A stretch of 64,000 bases of DNA from a virus: positions 1 to 64,000 of IMG/VR virus record IMGVR_UViG_3300020156_000002; one strand, given 5' to 3'. Below the pieces are notes generated by a model. The model saw nothing but the letters and a program-made list of their open reading frames with translations. It was not told where the DNA came from and made no database searches. Below, one piece after another: positions 58,048 to 64,000 of the stretch. Made by a program: the position numbers and the translations under genes. The stretch's first letter is position 1; the number at the start of each line of letters is the position of its first letter.

Positions 58048-61000
58048 TTGAAAGGAGGAATTATGGAATTTGGTAAATATCGTGGAGACGGTGTAATTGC
58101 TTTTGGTATTACAAAACTACCATATGATGAAAAGGAAACTTATCAAAAAGCACAGTATTATTATTCGGGACAAAGATACAATAAAGGATTTCTGTTTCAT
58201 TCTGGAGATTATTATTTAGAAATATTTACAGAAGATTTAAGTGAACTAGATATTGATAATTTTAAATTACAAGATAGAAGAATGAGCAAAGATTATATTA
58301 TGAAAACATATAAGTATTTGTATGTAAGAGTTGTTATACCGCAATAAATCTACTATTTTATCAGCTTTAAGAAAGGAGTAATAATCTATGATTGATAATT
58401 TTATACATGAATTTAACTCATTGGATATAAGAAAAGCAAAACAAGGATGTAAATGTAAGGTGTGCGATAATTCATTAACTGATAAAGACGATATTGTATA
58501 CTTAAAATCGTTCAGGCTATCTGCACAACCATTTCATATTTGTTTAAACTGTTGGAAAAATATAAACGAATTAGTTCAAGAATATCAACAGCAACAAGAG
58601 TAAGCAGATAAAATGTATCTTCTATCACGTTTTAAGAAAGGAAAAATAAATGACTATAAGAGAACAAATAATGAAGGAATGTGAAAACCACAAAACAAAC
58701 TTTCTCCGTATAGATGACTTATACGGGGAAGAGAATGATTATAATGAGGCTAAAAAAGGTGGATATAATTTTCAATCTTGCCCACAATCTTATGAATGTT
58801 TGAAAAATAAAGAAGAACTATGTTATACAGATAATGAATTATCAGAAGATACAATGAAGCAATGTCTACAATGCTAGAAGAACGCATTGGGAGAACAATA
58901 AATATGGTATTCAATTAAATTTTAGGAAGGAGAACTATATGGAAGTATTGATTATAGCAATATCAACATTAGTAGGATATTCACTAATGTCAACAATATT
59001 ATACATATTAACAAAAGAAAATGATGATGTAGCTATTGTCTTTGGATTAGGTGTGGTAGGTGAATTGTTAATATTTATTTGTTGGGTTATACAAAAAACG
59101 TTAAACTGGAATAAATATCACAATAAGCGTTCTATTGTTGAAATTGAATCTACAGGAGAACGAAAGTGGTGCAATCTAAAAGACACTGAAGATATTAGTG
59201 GTTGGTTTAAAGGATATAAACTGGTCAAAAGATATGCTACAAAGGAAGAATGGAAATTATTACAACCATTTGATAAAGAATTTATATTGGCAAGTAAAAG
59301 AAATTGTGATAATTGTATCCATAATGATAAAGAATGTCGTTCAGATGGAACAGGCTTGTGTGATAAAGATTTAGATTACTTTGATAAGTTTGAAAGTAAA
59401 TAAATGCAATATTCAGTTGGGTTTTAGGAGGTTTATATGAAGGTAATATACGGGGTCGACGATTGTAAAATATATCTACTACCAACTATTGATATATCAT
59501 TTGTATTCAAATATGTAGCCATTGAATTTTTAAGCTTTTATATTGAGTTTAATTGGAGCAAATAAATACAGAATTTAATTACAAATTAAGGAGGTAATCA
59601 TAATTAATATAAGAATCGGAAGTTTTGTGTATTTTAAAAATAATCCAAATAAGAAATATATAGTTGTATCAGAGAAAATAGATAGTATTGAACATGTCAG
59701 AATTCTTGGAATTGTAAGAGTGGGAAGATTAAATATACCATTCTTACGAGTTAGATATGTGTTTGAAAATGCTTTAGTAAAAACAGTTTGTTAAATAAAT
59801 TTAGGTGCCAGAAAGGAGAGTCTATGCCAATTATATTAAAAAGTGATACATATCAAATAATAGAAATTAAAAAGAAAACATCATCCAAATTCTTTAAGAA
59901 TCTGCAATTAGGCAGCTTATTAAAATTTGAAGTTGAGCTAAAACATGTCGGAAGTGGTGACCATGGAACATATATAACCGCAACAAATATAAACACTAAA
60001 GAAACAATTAATAAAACTTTTAACCAGATGGCACGATTGCTTGAAAACTTTGAGCTGGTTAAAGCTAATTCATATCAGGGTTTACAACTGGAACCAACAG
60101 AAAAAGAAATCTTTGGATATACAGAATAGGAGAATAATATGGATATAGACTTCTCGCAAAAATACTACAAAGGGGACATTGTATATCTTGCACGATGCAT
60201 TAACAGTGTAGGAATACAAGAAGTAGTTAAATTAAAACTCCGCACAATAGAGCCTGATTATATGGTAGGATGTACTGAAAAGAGTGTAGTGTTTAATATA
60301 GGTAAAGATTGGATTGGAAATGTGTTTAAAAATAAGAACGAAGCATTTTCATACTTAAAAACTATTACTAAAAAAACATACAAAGAGAAACAAGATGTTC
60401 CTTGTCAATTAGTTGATGAAGACGAGGAAGAAACTGATGATTTAGATTCATACATAGATGGTAATAAAGAGGACGGTGAAGAAAACGAGTAGTTATTTGA
60501 TAACAAATTATAAAGACAAGTACCAATTAAAAGCAGAAATAGATCAAACCACTGGTGATTTCTGTAGAGATGAAAATGGTAATTTAGACAATTATAATGA
60601 CATATGGATTGTTTGTGATGGTAAAGGCAAAGTGTTTCATTTTGGACATTCGACATTGTTATACTATACGTCACGACTTATAAAGGGAAGAAGTATTGTA
60701 AAAGAACTGCAATCATTTGATAAAGATTTAATATTTGACATTGAGGAAACTGACAAAGAAGTGTTATTTAAGTTTAAGGCAAATAACTTTGAAACAATTG
60801 CAAATTATATTAAACCAAAACCTGTTAGAAGTAGAAAAGATAGCGACAAAGAACCAAAAGGATTATCACCATTTTCAACCAAACATTTACGTAAAAAGTG
60901 TATTATACCTACTGAAAAATTAGCATTATATAAAGAAATTACATCTTGTTTAGGCAAAGACAACTTAACTGTTTATAACGAAATTAATAAAGAATTCTTA

Positions 61001-61159
61001 GCCGATTTACGTGTCAAATTACATATGTCTGATGATGGTTTTAAAAACAGTATGAAGGGATATAAGGTAAAGGATTACATCTATTCCAGAGGAGAAAAAG
61101 TTTGGGATGACTATATTAATTACATAAAAAACTATTTAGATAACATGGAGGAAAAATAG
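58048..61159 (+). other. hypothetical CDSs 58048-58347, 58388-58603, 58939-59403, 59788-60129, 60139-60492, 60458-61159
   Basis: ORFs with RBS. Confidence 0.65.
58650..58901 (+). pseudogene. small gene with probable premature TAG
   Basis: TAG at 58875 in CLQC*KNALGEQ; the next stop TAA (58899-58901) falls inside the 18-bp site, as in intact neighbours. Confidence 0.45.
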
Positions 61160-61160
61160 A

Positions 61161-61592
61161 ATGGAAATTAAAATCAAATATTTTACAGATAAGATAGATA
61201 AACTTAAGTACATTGATGGTAAATCAGATTGGATAGATTTACGTGCTGCTGAAGATATTGAAATGAAAACAGGAGAATTTAAATTAATACCATTAGGAAT
61301 AGCTATGCAATTACCGGAAGGATATGAAGCCCACGTTGTACCCAGAAGCAGTACTTATAAAAATTATGGAATCATTCAAACGAACTCCATGGGTATAATC
61401 GATGAATCTTATTGCGGGGATAATGACCAATGGTTTTTTCCGGCTTATGCTTTAAGGGATACGGTTATTAATATAAATGATAGAATTTGTCAATTTAGAA
61501 TTATTGAGCATCAACTAAGGATTGAATTTAATGAAGTCAAAGAATTAAAAAATAAGAATAGAGGAGGTCATGGAAGCACAGGAAAGAATTAA
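61161..61592 (+). CDS. dut: trimeric dUTPase
   Basis: [31 protein letters not shown]. Confidence 0.93.
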   Translation: MEIKIKYFTDKIDKLKYIDGKSDWIDLRAAEDIEMKTGEFKLIPLGIAMQLPEGYEAHVVPRSSTYKNYGIIQTNSMGIIDESYCGDNDQWFFPAYALRDTVININDRICQFRIIEHQLRIEFNEVKELKNKNRGGHGSTGKN

Positions 61593-61604
61593 AGTTTTAT
61601 AATA

Positions 61605-61727
61605 AATAATATTAAACAACACTTGACAAGGTAATATGAATGTGATATTATTAGTTTATCAGCTAGGAACAAAGCTTGTAAACAGAATAATATCACATTT
61701 TTTGTTAATAAGTAATAATAATAAACA
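61605..61727 (+). promoter_or_regulatory. promoter flanked by two operator motifs and embedded in a 14-bp hairpin
   Basis: AATAATATTAAACA 61605; TTGACA 61623, 17 bp, TG-a-TATTAT; AATAATAATAAACA 61714. Confidence 0.7.
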
Positions 61728-61754
61728 AACAAAACAAGAAAGGAAGCAAAAAGT

Positions 61755-62120
61755 ATGAAATTAAAACATTATGACACTACATTAAATAACACAATAAGAA
61801 TGCTAAATTCTATGGAAATTTTAAGTTTAGATTATACAAAGGCAGATGATTTAGTACATATTAAAGACATTAAAATTCCGCCAGACTATGCAGCTACTCA
61901 ACCATTAGATTATAAGATTCGTAGATATACTAGATTTTTTAAAGCTAAAGGGTATTTAAGTAAGCCAATAGTTGTATTTGTGGAATCTAACGAAAAGGGA
62001 TTACATAACAAATTGATACTAATCGACGGGTATGTTCAGTATTTAATTGCTAAGAAATATGGAATGGAATTTGTACCAGTTAAATACATAGATATTAATG
62101 ACTACATAAACAAAGAGTAA
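61755..62120 (+). CDS. ParB/Srx N-terminal-like protein
   Basis: IKDIKIP...KPIVV...LIDGYVQYLIAK..G...VPV. Confidence 0.6.
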   Translation: MKLKHYDTTLNNTIRMLNSMEILSLDYTKADDLVHIKDIKIPPDYAATQPLDYKIRRYTRFFKAKGYLSKPIVVFVESNEKGLHNKLILIDGYVQYLIAKKYGMEFVPVKYIDINDYINKE

Positions 62121-62340
62121 ATAGAAATAATAAACAAAACAAGATTGCATTCGCAATATTTAAGGGGTGGTTAAAATGGTAAACGGAAAAACATTAGAGG
62201 ATGAACTACATTACATTGATGATTTTTTTGATTCTATGGATAGTAAAGAATTTGAAGAAATGTTAATTGAATGCGGCGCAAATGAGATAAAAGGATCATG
62301 TAGTAACTGTACAGATACAAAAGATGTATTTGATTAGGAG

Positions 62341-62925
62341 TTGAAAGGAGAGAAAGAGAGTGTGTGGAAAGATGAATTACATAAAATGCTGCTAGATGGA
62401 ATTGTAACGTTAGTTGATATTGGATTCAATCACATTGAGATAAATGATATTGTTCTTAATAATCGAATGAAAACAACTTTGGGATGTTATTATCATGATA
62501 AAAAACTTATAGAAATTTCAACAAAGCATTTTAAGTATAGTGATAAAGAAGAGGTTATGAACACTATAATTCATGAGTTATCACATAATATATGTGATCT
62601 TAAATACGGTTCTAATATGATTAATAATGGACATTCAAAAGAGTGGGAAGAAATAGCTGAATATATATCGAATAATACAAAATACAAAATCACTCAATAT
62701 TCAGAAGATAACACTAACTTTAAAAGTATACCAAAAACTGAATATTTTATACACTATCTAAAATGTGACGAATGTAATTATACAGATTCATTAATTTCAA
62801 AATTCCAAGACTATGATAAAGTTAAAAAGAAGAAAAAATGCATAGCCTGTGAAGTAGCTAATAATAGAGTTAATTATATGGATTGTATAAAGACATATCA
62901 CGATCATTATAAATATTCAGTATAA
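62341..62925 (+). CDS. SprT-like zinc metalloprotease
   Basis: NNRMKTTLG, TIIHELSH, GHSKEW, C-terminal CxxC pairs. Confidence 0.8.
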   Translation: MKGEKESVWKDELHKMLLDGIVTLVDIGFNHIEINDIVLNNRMKTTLGCYYHDKKLIEISTKHFKYSDKEEVMNTIIHELSHNICDLKYGSNMINNGHSKEWEEIAEYISNNTKYKITQYSEDNTNFKSIPKTEYFIHYLKCDECNYTDSLISKFQDYDKVKKKKKCIACEVANNRVNYMDCIKTYHDHYKYSV

Positions 62926-62968
62926 AATCTAAATTTTATTACCTATTAAAAGAAAGAGAGGATTAATT

Positions 62969-64000
62969 ATGATTACAGTAGATAACAAATTTGAAGTTGG
63001 AGAAAAGGCTTATACGGTATACAGAGTACCAGTTCACTACAAATGTCCTGTGTGCGAAGGAGAAGGTAAATTCGTATATAATGGATATGAAGTACAATGT
63101 AGAAAATGTAGCGGTGGAGGTAAATTACATGATGTACATAACACGCTACTTGCTCCTACAGAAGTAACAGTATCCAGTATTAAAGCATCATATAGTGGTA
63201 CGAACGTTTCTATAAGATATAAAGTATATAGTAGCAAAAATATTAATAGTAGATCACAAGAAACGATGTTTAAAACATTAGAAGAAACTGAAAACTATTG
63301 TAAGTGTGTCAACACAAAAGAAATATCATCGGAGTTTTAAAGCAGAGAAAATGTGTAATTGATTAAAATTTGGAAGGGAGAATTTATGAATTTAATATTT
63401 ATTGGAGCTGAAAGATCAATCGATTTTGTTTCATATGACTTTAATGAAAGTATTACAAAAGCCTTTAAATATAGTGATAATTTAACTATATGGGATGTTG
63501 ATAATAATAGAAGATTATTAGAAGTTTATTGTGAAGAGGGAGATCTCAACAATATTGAAGAAGAATTAATTAACTGTGGGTTGTTTGATAGTCTTCCAGA
63601 AGCAAGAGTTACTTTTGATAATATTAGAAATGAGTACGAAGAAAGATGGAGAAAAAGGGATGAATATTATGAAGATATGGAGTTAAAACAAAATATAGAA
63701 ACATATCTAAAAGTTAAATCCATGATTGACAATGGAGAGTTAAGTATATAGATAAAATGCTTTTATTGGCTTTTAGAAAGGAGATTTATAATTATGTATG
63801 AAGAAATAGAAGAAGAATATCAACAATTCCTATATGATATTCAAGAAGAAGGTTTTATTTTTGGAAGATACTTGGATGAATCTGATTATGAGGATGAATA
63901 TTGCCATAATGACATTGATAAAGCCAAAGATATTTTTGTAAATAAAATAAAAGAGTATCTTAAGTTAAATAGACCATCGGAATATATAGTTACTAGTGGA
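62969..64000 (+). other. hypothetical CDSs 62969-63340 (CxxCxGxG zinc motifs), 63359-63751 and a partial ORF from ~63794
   Basis: ORFs with RBS. Confidence 0.65.

Larger units (their letters stand above)
4232..63363. repeat. dispersed 18-bp imperfect palindrome ATNAAW-N6-WTTNAT at gene junctions (~60 copies)
   Basis: Examples: 4735 ATAAAA-TTAAGA-ATTTAT, 10990 ATAAAA-AGCAGA-TTTTAT, 20432 ACCAAT-TAAACG-ATTGGT, 48858 AACAAA-GAATGG-TTTGTT, 62922 ATAAAA-TCTAAA-TTTTAT; full list in findings. Confidence 0.85.

Noticed and set aside
58875-58877. Genome-wide TAG recoding
   Set aside because: Single case; dnaB, dnaE and the recombinase end normally at TAG, and long genes are intact under code 11.
2604-63237. 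Most minus-strand ORFs in the track (e.g. 6284-6634, 19999-20436, 25629-25961, 57669-57989)
   Set aside because: Antisense shadows of well-supported + strand genes, lacking RBS and motifs.
4232-63363. 18-bp palindromes as ordinary intrinsic terminators
   Set aside because: The AT-only, often mismatched 6-bp stems are too weak and the loop length is fixed at 6, which fits a protein-bound DNA site better. Not formally excluded.
1-64000. Reverse transcriptase systems (DGR, retron) or rRNA genes
   Set aside because: No RT motifs, TR/VR pair or rRNA-like sequence was seen.

Overview
This very AT-rich 64 kb window is part of a large SPbeta-like (pro)phage of a Firmicute, probably clostridial. Almost all genes are on the + strand, and no intact virion structural or lysis genes were recognised. 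In order it contains: (i) a ~2.4 kb non-coding region with a sharp G-rich to C-rich strand-skew switch, DnaA boxes, tandem NrdR-like boxes and other palindromes; (ii) a long run of small early genes, including a tnpB, a type I hammerhead ribozyme, a tyrosine recombinase and an XRE regulator; (iii) an SPbeta-type lysogeny block (orphan MazF, YopQ-like, MrpR/YopR-like, LexA box); (iv) antirepressor-like and homing-nuclease genes; (v) a replication operon (Sak, SSB, DnaB, DnaG, Cas4/RecB-like nuclease, DnaE, ERCC4, HD protein, ATP ligase); (vi) nrdDG, dUTPase and many more small genes. The most striking unexplained signal is about 60 hand-counted copies of a fixed-length 18-bp imperfect palindrome (ATNAAW-N6-WTTNAT). 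They sit at the junctions of the small accessory genes, between a stop codon and the next RBS, and were not seen in the core replication operon. This layout resembles a recombinase-shuffled gene-cassette array. A second, directional 14-bp motif (AATAATAWTAAACA, about 20 copies) marks promoters and is a candidate operator for the MrpR-like repressor. Protein family calls come from motif recognition by eye; no database searches were run.
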